The translations under genes were made by a program, and so were the position numbers. DNA of 64,000 bases from an uncultured virus (IMG/VR IMGVR_UViG_3300029309_000012). Taxonomy: Duplodnaviria > Heunggongvirae > Uroviricota > Caudoviricetes. Every line of letters starts with the position of its first letter. The first letter of the stretch is position 1. Location of the stretch: IMG/VR virus record IMGVR_UViG_3300029309_000012; one strand, given 5' to 3'. The notes under the pieces were generated by a model. That model ran no database searches. It worked only from the letters and a program-made list of their open reading frames with translations, and was not told where the DNA came from. This document shows positions 25,883 through 35,635 of the stretch, piece by piece.

Positions 25883-27086
25883 CGTACAGGTGTTGGGGTT
25901 TTGCCTCGACATCGACTTCTTCACGAAGGTGTCGAACATACTCGACAGGGATATGTTCACGCGTGAGATGAAGGACGTGTACGACGCAATCATATTCTCT
26001 CACACAAAGTATGCTGCCTCCTTAAATACGTCAGAACTACTGTCCCTTTTTAACGATCGTAATCCGGCGATGCCCGACTCGGCGCGGGAGAAGGCGCACG
26101 AGTTGATCACGGCCCTAGAGCCGGGTAGTCCTGACAAGCACGATCTCTACCTCGACTTGGTCAATAACTTTTGGCTGCGTGACCGTGCGCGTCAGATAGG
26201 TGAGAAGGCCATCGAAATCTTTACGGGCGAAAGCGAAGACTTCGGTGCCCTGCGTCAGATTATTGACGTTATCGAAGATGGTCGGATTTCTGACAAGACG
26301 ACGTATCGTGTCGTCACGAACGACCTCGACGCCCTGATCGACGAGGAGGTGGGCGATCCCGACTTCCCTTTCGAATTCGAACTGATACGTGAGCATCTGC
26401 CCGGCCTCGACCGTGGTAACTTGGGTATCCTGTTCGCGCGTCCGGAAGTGGGTAAGACTACGTTTTGTTCGTTTCTTGCGGCGTCGTACGTTCGGCAAGG
26501 TTTCAAGGTTTCGTACTGGGCGAACGAGGAACCGGCAGAGAAAATCATGCTGCGTATCGCACAGTCGTACTTCGCTGTATTCAAGTCGGAAATGCGTGGT
26601 CCGATGCGTGAGGACTTCGTACGTCGCTACGCAGAGGAGATAGCACCCTACCTGACGATCATGGATTCGGTGGGTACGTCTATCGAAGAACTCGACGACT
26701 ACGCCAAACTCAACAAGCCCGATATCATCTTCGCTGATCAGCTAGACAAGTTCCGTATCGGCGGGGAGTACAACCGTGGTGACGAGCGCCTCAAGCAAAC
26801 GTACGTCCTTGCGCGTGAGATAGCGAAGCGTAACAAGTGCCTTGTCTGGGCCGTCAGTCAGGCAAGTTATGAGGCTCACGACCGTCAATTTATTGACTAC
26901 TCTATGCTCGACAACTCACGTACGGGTAAGGCGGGAGAGGCGGACATCATCATCGGTATAGGCAAGACTGGATCGAGTGAAGTAGAGAACACCGTGCGGC
27001 ACATATGTATCTCGAAGAACAAGCTGAACGGCTATCACGGCATGATCAACTCACAGATCGACGTACGCAGAGGAGTGTATTACTGA
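25854..27086 (+). CDS. DnaB-like (SF4) replicative helicase
   Basis: ARPEVGKT Walker A, NEE, FADQLDK, VSQA, EADIIIG, KNK. Confidence 0.9.
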   Translation: MSSYDPTSIDVQVLGFCLDIDFFTKVSNILDRDMFTREMKDVYDAIIFSHTKYAASLNTSELLSLFNDRNPAMPDSAREKAHELITALEPGSPDKHDLYLDLVNNFWLRDRARQIGEKAIEIFTGESEDFGALRQIIDVIEDGRISDKTTYRVVTNDLDALIDEEVGDPDFPFEFELIREHLPGLDRGNLGILFARPEVGKTTFCSFLAASYVRQGFKVSYWANEEPAEKIMLRIAQSYFAVFKSEMRGPMREDFVRRYAEEIAPYLTIMDSVGTSIEELDDYAKLNKPDIIFADQLDKFRIGGEYNRGDERLKQTYVLAREIAKRNKCLVWAVSQASYEAHDRQFIDYSMLDNSRTGKAGEADIIIGIGKTGSSEVENTVRHICISKNKLNGYHGMINSQIDVRRGVYY

Positions 27087-27235
27087 TGGTTAAAAAAGAA
27101 AATGAAGATATACTAAAGCGTCTATTCGACGAAGAGTATCTGGCTGCACGGAAGCGGTGGCCTGACTTAAGCGAAGAACAGATATACAAGTTTGCGGAGT
27201 TCTTCGCACGCTTGAGATTCGAGGAGCAAGAATGA
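27086..27235 (+). CDS. Small hypothetical protein
   Basis: MVKKENEDILKRLFDEE...RFEEQE, start and stop overlap both neighbours. Confidence 0.6.
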   Translation: MVKKENEDILKRLFDEEYLAARKRWPDLSEEQIYKFAEFFARLRFEEQE

Positions 27236-27819
27236 ACGGTATCGTATTCGACGTAGAAACGACGCACACGGCCAAAGCGAACGGCAGCAGTACCCCCCTA
27301 CCATATTTCGGCAATCGCCTTGTATCGATAGGATGGCGCTGGATACGTGAGCCGTACATGTACTACGATTGTTACTCGCATTCGACTGAGCCACCCACTC
27401 CTGACGCGTTCACAAGATTTCAAGACGCCTTGAACTTTTGTGACATTCTTGTGGGTCACAACATCAAATTTGACCTGCAGTGGATACGCGCGTGTGGGTT
27501 TGTGTACGAGGGTGAAGTTTATGATACGATGGTTGCGGAGTATATTCTATCACGAGCGAGGCGTTGGCCTCTTGGACTTGCTGCTCTTGCAGAAAAGTAT
27601 GACGTTACCAAGAAAGAGAAGGACATGGTCGCGCCGTATCTTGAGAAGGGGGTCACGTTTTACGACATACCGTGGGAGGTGATTGAAGAGTACGGACGGG
27701 CTGACGTACTCGCTACACACGAGATAGCCCTCAAACAGCTAGATGCCTTTGGCACCACATACGGAGATATTTATGCAGACAAAAAATGGGTTAGTCCCGA
27801 CACTGCGCCTGTCGCTTGA
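27232..27819 (+). CDS. PolA 3'-5' exonuclease domain (separate ORF)
   Basis: ExoI FDVET, ExoII HNIKFD, ExoIII YGRAD. Confidence 0.85.
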   Translation: MNGIVFDVETTHTAKANGSSTPLPYFGNRLVSIGWRWIREPYMYYDCYSHSTEPPTPDAFTRFQDALNFCDILVGHNIKFDLQWIRACGFVYEGEVYDTMVAEYILSRARRWPLGLAALAEKYDVTKKEKDMVAPYLEKGVTFYDIPWEVIEEYGRADVLATHEIALKQLDAFGTTYGDIYADKKWVSPDTAPVA

Positions 27820-29320
27820 GATGACGGACGCTCTCGCGTCTATCGAACAAGAGGGCTTGAAGATAAATCTCGACACGCTCGAAGAAATCGAACGAGCGTA
27901 TAAGCAAGAGATGGATGGATTAGAGGTGCGTCTCAAGGAACTCGCACAGGATGCGGTAGGAGACACACCTGTCAACCTTGCGAGTCCGGATGATCGGTCG
28001 ATGCTTCTGTACTCCCGTCGCGTCACGAACAAACAGGAGTGGGCAGCGACGTTCAACTTAGGTACGGAGCGGCGTGGTGCTACGGTCAAGCCTAAGATGC
28101 GTCGACGTATGTCACGTAAGGAGTTCAATCGTAATGTCGGTCGCCTGACTGAAGTTGCTTACAAGACCCGTGCAGAGCGGTGCGCTGGTTGTCTCGGTCA
28201 CGGAAAGAACCGCCCCGTGCGTAAGGACGGCACTCCGAGTAAACTCGCTCGTAAGTGTAAGGGCTGCGGCGGTGCAGGCGTGATATACAAGTCGACGGGT
28301 GAGGTTGCGGGGTTTAAGCTCCTGCCTCGTTCGACGTACGACTTGGCGGCGGCAGGGTTCCGCACAGACAAGGACACACTAGACGAACGGCGGGACGACT
28401 TACGAGGAGATGGTCGCGAGTTCGTAGAGTCGTACGTACGGTATAACGCCCTGCGTACCTACCTCAACACGTTCGTCGAGGGGATCAAGAACAATGTGGA
28501 CTCGAAGGGTTTTATCCATCCGGAATTCATGCAGTGTGTTACGGCGACGGGTAGGCTTTCGTCTCGCAATCCGAACTTCCAAAACATGCCACGCGGTTCG
28601 ACATTCGCAATACGTAAGGTCGTCGAAAGTCGCTTCAGTGGTGGTCACATTCTTGAAGGGGACTACTCGCAGTTAGAGTTCCGTGTGGCAGGGTTCCTTG
28701 CGAAGGATGAACAGGCATACACCGACGTGCGAAACTTTGTCGACGTTCACAACTACACAGCGTCGGTTATCGGCTGCACACGACAAGAGGCGAAGGCTCA
28801 CACGTTCAAGCCCTTATATGGCGGCACGTCCGGTACGGAGGATCAGAAGCGGTACTACGCCGCGTTCAAAGACAAGTACGCTGGCGTGACAGAGTGGCAC
28901 GAGGAGCTACAGCGTCAGGCTGTTACGGAGCGCGTGATTGCTCTCCCGTCCGGTCGGGAGTACGCGTTCCCCGATGCGCGTTGGACAGAATACGGCACAG
29001 CTACAAATCGTACGGCGATATGTAACTATCCTGTGCAGGGGTTCGCCACTGCTGACTTACTGCCTATCGCACTGGTTTCATTACACAATGTTGTCAAGAG
29101 TGCAGGTATACGTAGCGTGATTTGTAACACTGTTCACGACTCTATCGTGATGGATGTACATCCGGATGAAAAGGACACGTGCATCGATTTAATGAAGCAC
29201 GCGATGCTGTCGCTGCCGTTCGAAACTATGCGTCGTTACGGCTTGACGTACGACATGCCGGTTGGCATAGAATTGAAGATCGGAAAAAACTGGCTTGACT
29301 TACATGAAGTAGAACTATAA
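27773..29320 (+). CDS. polA: Family A DNA polymerase with inserted DnaJ-type zinc finger
   Basis: TATGRLSS, DYSQLEFR (motif A), RQEAKAHTFKPLYG (motif B), TVHDS (motif C); CAGCLGHG...CKGCGGAG insert; GGAG RBS before ATG at 27773. Confidence 0.9.
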   Translation: MQTKNGLVPTLRLSLEMTDALASIEQEGLKINLDTLEEIERAYKQEMDGLEVRLKELAQDAVGDTPVNLASPDDRSMLLYSRRVTNKQEWAATFNLGTERRGATVKPKMRRRMSRKEFNRNVGRLTEVAYKTRAERCAGCLGHGKNRPVRKDGTPSKLARKCKGCGGAGVIYKSTGEVAGFKLLPRSTYDLAAAGFRTDKDTLDERRDDLRGDGREFVESYVRYNALRTYLNTFVEGIKNNVDSKGFIHPEFMQCVTATGRLSSRNPNFQNMPRGSTFAIRKVVESRFSGGHILEGDYSQLEFRVAGFLAKDEQAYTDVRNFVDVHNYTASVIGCTRQEAKAHTFKPLYGGTSGTEDQKRYYAAFKDKYAGVTEWHEELQRQAVTERVIALPSGREYAFPDARWTEYGTATNRTAICNYPVQGFATADLLPIALVSLHNVVKSAGIRSVICNTVHDSIVMDVHPDEKDTCIDLMKHAMLSLPFETMRRYGLTYDMPVGIELKIGKNWLDLHEVEL

Positions 29321-29323
29321 GAT
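29295..29323 (+). promoter_or_regulatory. sigma70-like promoter
   Basis: TTGACT-17-TAAGAT upstream of the SSB-like gene. Confidence 0.6.
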
Positions 29324-29359
29324 ATCATACACCCTATATTTCCACAAAGGAGAAGGATT

Positions 29360-30205
29360 ATGGATGGGACAGAAATGGTAGAAATACTCGGCGGTGATGA
29401 CCTAAAGGAAATCATGCGCCTAACGGGACAGGCAGACGACTCACCAAAGGAGCGTGTAGGTCTTCCCCGACTAGGAATTAACTACGATCAGGAATCGGAT
29501 GATGGGGAACCGCTCACGCGGGGAAACTGGAAGATGATGGTCGATGGTCGAAACGTCTATGCAAAAGAGGTAACGATCCAGCCCTTGATGCGGCGCTTCG
29601 AGTATAGCGTGTGGGACTCAGAGATGAACGACGGGCGTGGCGGGTTCGCGGCGAAGTCTGTTCAGACCGACTCTCTTCGTGCATCGTTTCCCGACAGCAG
29701 TGGCGGTAATAAGTGTGGACGACTGTCAAGAGACGAGGAGGAGTCCCTAGACGAGGGTGATCCCCGTGTTCTCCTTTCTCGTAGTGTCGTCTGCAATCAA
29801 GTAATTTACGGGAAGATCAGCGGAGACTTCGAAGACTCTGCAGGTAATCCTGTCAAGCTCGATAAATTGCCGTTCGTCGCTTACTTCAAGAAGTCAGGCT
29901 TCAAGCCGATAGCAGACTTCATCGGCAGTCTGTCGAACCAGAGTAAACTGATGTGTCAGTGTCGTGTTTTACTGCGGACACATAAAAATAAACGCGGTAG
30001 TGTGATCTACTGGACTCCTGTGCCGACGTTAGTGGATACCGTATCACTAGATTCGGACGACAAGGACTTGATGATCAAGTTCGAGGAGACCATCAACGGT
30101 CACAATCAAATGATCCTGAAAGAGCATGGTGAGGCATCGAAGAAGCAGTTAGCCGACGAGGACTACGATCTCGCGGCGGACTTCAAAGATGCCAACGCTG
30201 CTTAA
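29360..30205 (+). CDS. Probable single-stranded DNA-binding protein
   Basis: 281 aa after the polymerase, acidic C-terminus; assignment is largely positional. Confidence 0.55.
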   Translation: MDGTEMVEILGGDDLKEIMRLTGQADDSPKERVGLPRLGINYDQESDDGEPLTRGNWKMMVDGRNVYAKEVTIQPLMRRFEYSVWDSEMNDGRGGFAAKSVQTDSLRASFPDSSGGNKCGRLSRDEEESLDEGDPRVLLSRSVVCNQVIYGKISGDFEDSAGNPVKLDKLPFVAYFKKSGFKPIADFIGSLSNQSKLMCQCRVLLRTHKNKRGSVIYWTPVPTLVDTVSLDSDDKDLMIKFEETINGHNQMILKEHGEASKKQLADEDYDLAADFKDANAA

Positions 30206-31082
30206 CATCCAAGACTACATGACGAAGGTTATCCGGGGGGAGACAAAACTCTCCCCGGCTAACGTCGATCTGTTTGTTGAAGACTGTAAGACTGCAGTTA
30301 TAAAACAACTGGGCGGACGAGAGCGAAGTTATCGCATACGAATGTCCGGACTCGGTAAGCCCCTCTGCCAACAAGTTTGTGAGAAGCACGGCATCGAAGA
30401 GACGATGCAGTACAACAGTGTCATGCGCTTCTTGTATGGTGACATCACAGAAGCCGTTATGATGCTTGTTATGCGAGAGGCCGGTATCGACATCGTCGAC
30501 TACCAGCGAGAGGTCAAACTCGATCTCGACGGGCATCACATTACAGGCACGCTCGATGTTATCATACGTGACGGTGCAGGTGTCGAACAAGTGTGGGACA
30601 TCAAGTCAGCAAGTGACTGGGCCTTCAAGAATAAGTTTACGGGCTTCGGCGGCTACGAGGCCATGAAGACGGACGATCCCTTCGGCTACATCATGCAGGG
30701 CTTCCTTTACTCAGAAGCGGTAGGACTGCCGTTTGGCGGTTGGATAGTTGTTAACAAGTCGAGTGGTGAAGTTGCTGTAGTAGAAACATACGACTGGATG
30801 GGTGAAGACAAAGAGCAGTATCTCGAAGATGCTAAAAAACGTATAAAGTTTCTTAGCAACCCCGACGTAGAAATGTTCCGTCCGTACACAGACGAATTCG
30901 AAACGTACAAACGTAAGGGCGAAGTGATACGTACAGGCAATAAGGTCTTACCTAAAGAGTGTGGCCTGTGTGGGTATAAGACACATTGTTGGCCGAATGC
31001 AGTCGTACATCCCCGCGTCACTTCACAGGCTAAGTCACCACCGATGGTGTGGTACTCACGCCTCAAGACACGAGAGATTTGA
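30189..31082 (+). CDS. PD-(D/E)XK exonuclease
   Basis: RMSGLGKP.CQ, GTLD...WDIKSAS, Q..LY, C-terminal CGLCGYKTHCW. Confidence 0.85.
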   Translation: MPTLLNIQDYMTKVIRGETKLSPANVDLFVEDCKTAVIKQLGGRERSYRIRMSGLGKPLCQQVCEKHGIEETMQYNSVMRFLYGDITEAVMMLVMREAGIDIVDYQREVKLDLDGHHITGTLDVIIRDGAGVEQVWDIKSASDWAFKNKFTGFGGYEAMKTDDPFGYIMQGFLYSEAVGLPFGGWIVVNKSSGEVAVVETYDWMGEDKEQYLEDAKKRIKFLSNPDVEMFRPYTDEFETYKRKGEVIRTGNKVLPKECGLCGYKTHCWPNAVVHPRVTSQAKSPPMVWYSRLKTREI

Positions 31083-31462
31083 TGGCGTACATTTTTATAC
31101 GAGAGTACGACTTAGACCTTCTCGAACTCAACAAAGAGATGTATCACATGTACATCGAATCTCACAAGGGTGTGGGAGGAGATCGTCGAACTGTGTTTTT
31201 ACGTCAGCACGAAAGAGGATTACCCTTGACGTTACGTGAAAACTTCACGAAGGATGGGGTGATATCCTCTGATACCGAAAAGAGAGATATCACTACTGTC
31301 GAAAATGAGATACAAAATATAAGCAGGTTAGCCAACGCAGGAGTCAATGTATGTATCCCTCTGAACTCTTTGATAAACGAATGTTGCTTGATAGAAGCAC
31401 GGTCACCAAAGGTGTCGGTGTACGTAATGAAACGCCTAGAGTCCGCCGGAATGCGTCTATGA
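31082..31462 (+). CDS. Hypothetical protein
   Basis: Coupled ORF within the replication operon. Confidence 0.65.
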   Translation: MAYIFIREYDLDLLELNKEMYHMYIESHKGVGGDRRTVFLRQHERGLPLTLRENFTKDGVISSDTEKRDITTVENEIQNISRLANAGVNVCIPLNSLINECCLIEARSPKVSVYVMKRLESAGMRL

Positions 31463-31839
31463 AACAAAGCTCGGCCAAGAAGGCCGGGTTTCGTTCGAAC
31501 TTCGAATTGAACTTGGCACGTGCCCTCGCTGACCGGGGCATCATGTACGAATATGAGTCAACAAAGCTGACCTATCTTCCTAAACCGCGCACCTATACAC
31601 CTGACTTCTTTATACCCTCGACGAATATATACATCGAAGCGAAGGGGCATTTCGACAAGGGTGATCGAGTGAAGATGCTTCTCGTAAAGGAACAACATCC
31701 TGAACTCGATATACGTTTTGTGTTTCTGAATTCTCGTAATAAAATTTATAAGGGATCGAAAACGACCTACGCAGACTGGGCTACAAAGAACAAGTTCGAC
31801 TGGGCGGAGGGATCGATACCAGAGGAGTGGTACAAATGA
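31459..31839 (+). CDS. Endonuclease I / Holliday junction resolvase (T7 gp3-like)
   Basis: FRSNFE, YTPDF, IEAKG, HPELDIRFVF, TTYADWA. Confidence 0.9.
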   Translation: MKQSSAKKAGFRSNFELNLARALADRGIMYEYESTKLTYLPKPRTYTPDFFIPSTNIYIEAKGHFDKGDRVKMLLVKEQHPELDIRFVFLNSRNKIYKGSKTTYADWATKNKFDWAEGSIPEEWYK

Positions 31840-32153
31840 GTGACTTACAGCACGAATTAGAGAAGGCTTCTCTTCTTCCGGATCGATGGTACTTGATCAT
31901 GAAAGAAGCAGAGGATGGCTTCACCATCACGGCATACGATACGATGAAGGGTGACGAGTTGCAGGACATGGGTTCTGTCATACTGTCGGGCGTTATAGAG
32001 CTTCTGCATACGGACTTCGACACGGTTTTCGAAGCGGGTATGGACAGCATCAAACGTCAAAACGAAGAGATTAAGGTTCAGACCAACAATGGTGAGCTTG
32101 TTCTTGTACGAGAAGAGAATGTCGTTAAGGTTGATTTCGGAAAGAAACAGTGA
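31836..32153 (+). CDS. Hypothetical protein
   Basis: Acidic protein ending NVVKVDFGKKQ. Confidence 0.65.
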   Translation: MSDLQHELEKASLLPDRWYLIMKEAEDGFTITAYDTMKGDELQDMGSVILSGVIELLHTDFDTVFEAGMDSIKRQNEEIKVQTNNGELVLVREENVVKVDFGKKQ

Positions 32154-32428
32154 GACACGAAGATTACATGCGAATGAGAGCGGAAAAAGAAACGGTAGGA
32201 TTAGAACTTACTGGATCAGATATGGTGAACAGTCCACCACACTACAATCAGGCAGGGGTTGAGTGTATCGAAGCTATACGCGCTGCCACAGACGAAGGCT
32301 ACCAATACTACCTGCAAGGAAACATCATCAAGTACCTGTGGCGTTATCGTTACAAAAACGGCGTCCAAGACCTAGAAAAGGCGAAGTGGTACTTAGATAA
32401 ACTCATAAAGGAGATAGAAGATGAATAA
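32150..32428 (+). CDS. DUF3310 protein (T7 gp1.7 nucleotide-kinase-like)
   Basis: VNSPPHY...ECIEAI...GNIIKYLWRY..KNG..DLEKAKWYL. Confidence 0.85.
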   Translation: MRHEDYMRMRAEKETVGLELTGSDMVNSPPHYNQAGVECIEAIRAATDEGYQYYLQGNIIKYLWRYRYKNGVQDLEKAKWYLDKLIKEIEDE

Positions 32429-34430
32429 CATGTTGCCTACGCCGTATCAGCAATTCATACACAAGTCACGATACGCACGTTGGCTTGACGATGAACAGCG
32501 TCGAGAGAACTGGGACGAGACTGTAGAACGATATTTGCAGTTCATGGTCGATCACGTCAAAGAGAAGCACAACTTCGATATGGAAGTGATGTGTCCCGGA
32601 GACATAAGTAAACTGCGGCAGGCAATACTTAGTCAGGACATCATGCCGTCGATGCGTGCGATGATGACTGCGGGTCCGGCTCTTGCACGGGACAATATCT
32701 GTGGGTACAACTGTAGCTACATTCCCGTTGACAGCCCTCGTGCGTTTGACGAGTGCATGTACATATTGATGTGCGGCACAGGTGTAGGCTTCTCTGTCGA
32801 GCGTGAGAACGTGGACAAGCTGCCGGTAATTAGTGATGGAATGCAGTCAACAGACACTGTGATCAAAGTCGGCGACTCCAAGCCCGGATGGGCCAAAGCG
32901 TTGCGCGAACTGATTGCGCTGCTGTATGCAGGACACATTCCGAAGTGGGACTTGTCCGACATACGTCCATCTGGTGCGCGTCTAAAGACGATGGGCGGTC
33001 GTGCTTCTGGTCCGGGTCCGCTCGAAGATTTGTTTAATTTTGCTGTGCAACTATTTGTAAAGGCACAAGGTCGTCGTTTGTTTCCTATCGAATGTCATGA
33101 CTTGATGTGCAAGGTGGGTGAGGTCGTTGTGGTGGGTGGCGTACGCCGTTCCGCCCTGATTAGTCTGTCGAACCTGAACGACGATCAGATGGCACACGCT
33201 AAATCTGGTGCATGGTGGGAGAACGAGGGGCAGCGTGCGCTGGCTAACAACTCTGTTGCCTACAAGGGCAAACCCGAAATGGGCACGTTCATGCGCGAGT
33301 GGGTATCTTTGTATGAGTCTAAGTCAGGAGAACGGGGGCTATTCAACAGACAGGCTGCGGTAAAACAGGCTGCGCGGAATGGTCGTCGTAAAGTTCACGA
33401 TAGGCCATTGATTGACGAAGATGACAGTCAGTATGTAGTTCATCCCCATCGTCGTGAAGAAACCTTCACCCAGTTCGGCACAAACCCCTGCTCCGAAATT
33501 ATCCTGCGTCCTTATCAGTTTTGCAACCTTTCAGAGGTGGTTGTCCGTGACTACGACACACTAGAAGACCTGAAAGAAAAGGTTCATCTTGCGACTATCT
33601 TGGGCACGCTGCAGTCTACGCTCACTGACTTCAAGTATTTGAGGAAGATATGGAAAACCAACACAGAAGAAGAACGATTGTTGGGCGTGTCCTTGACTGG
33701 TATTATGGATCATCACGTCCTATCAAAAAGCATCGACTCCGTCCGTTGGCTCGAAGAGATGAAGCGCGTGGCCATAGACACAAACTGGGATTTGGCAACG
33801 AACGGACTTGGTATTCCACAGTCGGCTGCTATCACCTGTGTAAAACCGTCAGGTACTGTATCGCAACTGGTGGACGCTGCAAGCGGCATTCACGCTAGAC
33901 ACAGTAAGCACTACATACGTACAGTTCGCGGAGACAACAAAGACCCGCTGACACAGTTCTTGAAGGAACAGGGCGTGTACAATGAACCGGATGTCACGAA
34001 GCCGGACAATACGACCGTGTTTTCTTTTGCAATGGAGTCGCCTGATGGTGCGGTCACTCGCAATGATTTGACAGCTATCCAACAGCTAGAGCTTTGGAAG
34101 ACGTATGCCGTCCACTGGTGCGAACACAAGCCGTCTGTGACCATCACGGTCAAAGAGGATGAATGGATGGACGTGGGCGCGTGGGTGTACAAAAACTTTG
34201 ACGTGGCGTCGGGCGTGTCGTTCCTGCCGCACAGTGATCACACCTATCAGCAGGCACCCTATCAGGACATCGAACGCGAAGATTATCTGGAGTGGCAGCA
34301 AGTGTATGGTCACCTCAATATTGACTGGCAGGCGTTGTCTGAATACGAGAGGGAAGACAACACATCTGGCTCTCGTGAGCTTGCGTGTACAGCAGGTTCG
34401 TGTGAGGTAGTCGACTTGAACGCGGCATGA
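32421..34430 (+). CDS. nrdJ: Class II (B12-dependent) ribonucleotide reductase
   Basis: PSMR, YNCS, GTGVGFS, GGVRRSA, TNPCSEI, FCNL, TCVKPSGT, C-terminal ACTAGSCE; no beta subunit nearby. Confidence 0.9.
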   Translation: MNNMLPTPYQQFIHKSRYARWLDDEQRRENWDETVERYLQFMVDHVKEKHNFDMEVMCPGDISKLRQAILSQDIMPSMRAMMTAGPALARDNICGYNCSYIPVDSPRAFDECMYILMCGTGVGFSVERENVDKLPVISDGMQSTDTVIKVGDSKPGWAKALRELIALLYAGHIPKWDLSDIRPSGARLKTMGGRASGPGPLEDLFNFAVQLFVKAQGRRLFPIECHDLMCKVGEVVVVGGVRRSALISLSNLNDDQMAHAKSGAWWENEGQRALANNSVAYKGKPEMGTFMREWVSLYESKSGERGLFNRQAAVKQAARNGRRKVHDRPLIDEDDSQYVVHPHRREETFTQFGTNPCSEIILRPYQFCNLSEVVVRDYDTLEDLKEKVHLATILGTLQSTLTDFKYLRKIWKTNTEEERLLGVSLTGIMDHHVLSKSIDSVRWLEEMKRVAIDTNWDLATNGLGIPQSAAITCVKPSGTVSQLVDAASGIHARHSKHYIRTVRGDNKDPLTQFLKEQGVYNEPDVTKPDNTTVFSFAMESPDGAVTRNDLTAIQQLELWKTYAVHWCEHKPSVTITVKEDEWMDVGAWVYKNFDVASGVSFLPHSDHTYQQAPYQDIEREDYLEWQQVYGHLNIDWQALSEYEREDNTSGSRELACTAGSCEVVDLNAA

Positions 34431-34567
34431 CCGGCGGGGGAGACATGCCGACGTGGTGGCAGTGGTGGCTCATCGGAGCTATCACTGTCAACACCGTCAT
34501 AAATCTTGTGGTGTTCTTCAAGCACAGATTCAAACAAGACAGAAAACGTGGAGACAGTGATGGGTAA
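34427..34567 (+). CDS. Small membrane protein (not in the ORF track)
   Basis: Translated by hand: MTGGGDMPTWWQWWLIGAITVNTVINLVVFFKHRFK..., ATGA overlap. Confidence 0.55.
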   Translation: MTGGGDMPTWWQWWLIGAITVNTVINLVVFFKHRFKQDRKRGDSDG

Positions 34568-34760
34568 GATATTCGTATTGGTGATCAGCGTGTGGGGCTT
34601 CACGGGCGACGAGTGGCAGTACATCGGCAATCAAATCGTACTCAATAAGGACATGACTGAAACACAGTGCGAGGCTATGGCCGATAACTGGACGCGCTGG
34701 GAAGACAATGAATACTATACCGTCTCTATTGAGTGCCACGAAAAGGATGTCAAGACATGA
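34560..34760 (+). CDS. Small two-Cys protein with hydrophobic N-terminus
   Basis: MGKIFVLVISVWG..., GGAG RBS. Confidence 0.6.
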   Translation: MGKIFVLVISVWGFTGDEWQYIGNQIVLNKDMTETQCEAMADNWTRWEDNEYYTVSIECHEKDVKT

Positions 34761-35227
34761 TCGAAGTTCCTATCACTCCGGACTTGATGCGTCGTGCCCA
34801 AAAAAAGACTGCCCACGTAGGCATCCTAGAGGGCAGTATAACGGGTAGTACGAGTCATGTGGTAGGGGCACTAGGGGAGCTTGTCGTAAGCGACCTCACG
34901 GGCGCTCTAGAGGCGAATAACAGGCACTACGATCTGGTGCTAGACGGCAAGCGCATCGACGTCAAGACGAAACGATGCAACACGAAGCCGCGACCGCACT
35001 ACGATTGTACGATACCCGCGCACGGAACGAAACAAGACTGCGACTCGTACGTATTCGTACGTATCAAGATCGACGGTTCGAAGGCGTGGATTTTAGGGGA
35101 GATCGATAAACGTACGTTTTACCGCAACGCGAAGTTCTATCGTCGTGGTGACATCGATCCGGACAACGGATTCGTATTCAAGGCGGACTGCTATAATCTC
35201 CCGATAGAGGAGTTAAATAATGTATAA
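34757..35227 (+). CDS. Putative PD-(D/E)XK nuclease-like protein
   Basis: G..GE, YDL, IDVKTK motifs. Confidence 0.6.
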   Translation: MIEVPITPDLMRRAQKKTAHVGILEGSITGSTSHVVGALGELVVSDLTGALEANNRHYDLVLDGKRIDVKTKRCNTKPRPHYDCTIPAHGTKQDCDSYVFVRIKIDGSKAWILGEIDKRTFYRNAKFYRRGDIDPDNGFVFKADCYNLPIEELNNV

Positions 35228-35429
35228 GGCTATAGTTATGGTGTGTTCTATATACTTACCAGACGGACCCTGCTTCAACTTTATAGATGAACGGGGGCCG
35301 TATCCTACAGAAGAACGATGTGAAGAACGTGTGATGGAGATGACAGAGGCTATACTTCCTATGCCTAAAGCTCTTCCACCACCACACGCGTACTCTTACA
35401 GGTGTGAAGTAGTAGGAGAACAGCTATGA
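35220..35429 (+). CDS. Small Cys-rich protein
   Basis: 69 aa, GPYPTEERC motif, GAGGAG RBS. Confidence 0.6.
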   Translation: MYKAIVMVCSIYLPDGPCFNFIDERGPYPTEERCEERVMEMTEAILPMPKALPPPHAYSYRCEVVGEQL

Positions 35430-35635
35430 AGGCGCAACTGTTTTCTCTCACTGCACACTTACGACAGGACGGCAACGTCGAACTCAACAAAGAGTCGGTG
35501 CGCCCGGAAGACCTAGAAAAAGAAATGGACACGGGAGTGCCTGATTATGAGGGCACACACTCCGTCGTGTCCTTGTTACGTTATTTGAACTCGTCTGCTG
35601 ACGAGATTATAGATAAGTCGGCTAAGTACGTTTAA
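35426..35635 (+). CDS. Hypothetical protein
   Basis: 69 aa, AGGAG RBS, last gene of the rightward operon. Confidence 0.6.
   Translation: MKAQLFSLTAHLRQDGNVELNKESVRPEDLEKEMDTGVPDYEGTHSVVSLLRYLNSSADEIIDKSAKYV

Noticed and set aside
30189..31082. Cas4-like nuclease suggesting a CRISPR system
   Set aside because: A common phage replication-module exonuclease; no array or other cas genes present
33390..33475. Insert before TNPCSEI in NrdJ suspected to be an intein
   Set aside because: Only about 25 aa and lacks the C/S...HN splice motifs; probably a variable loop
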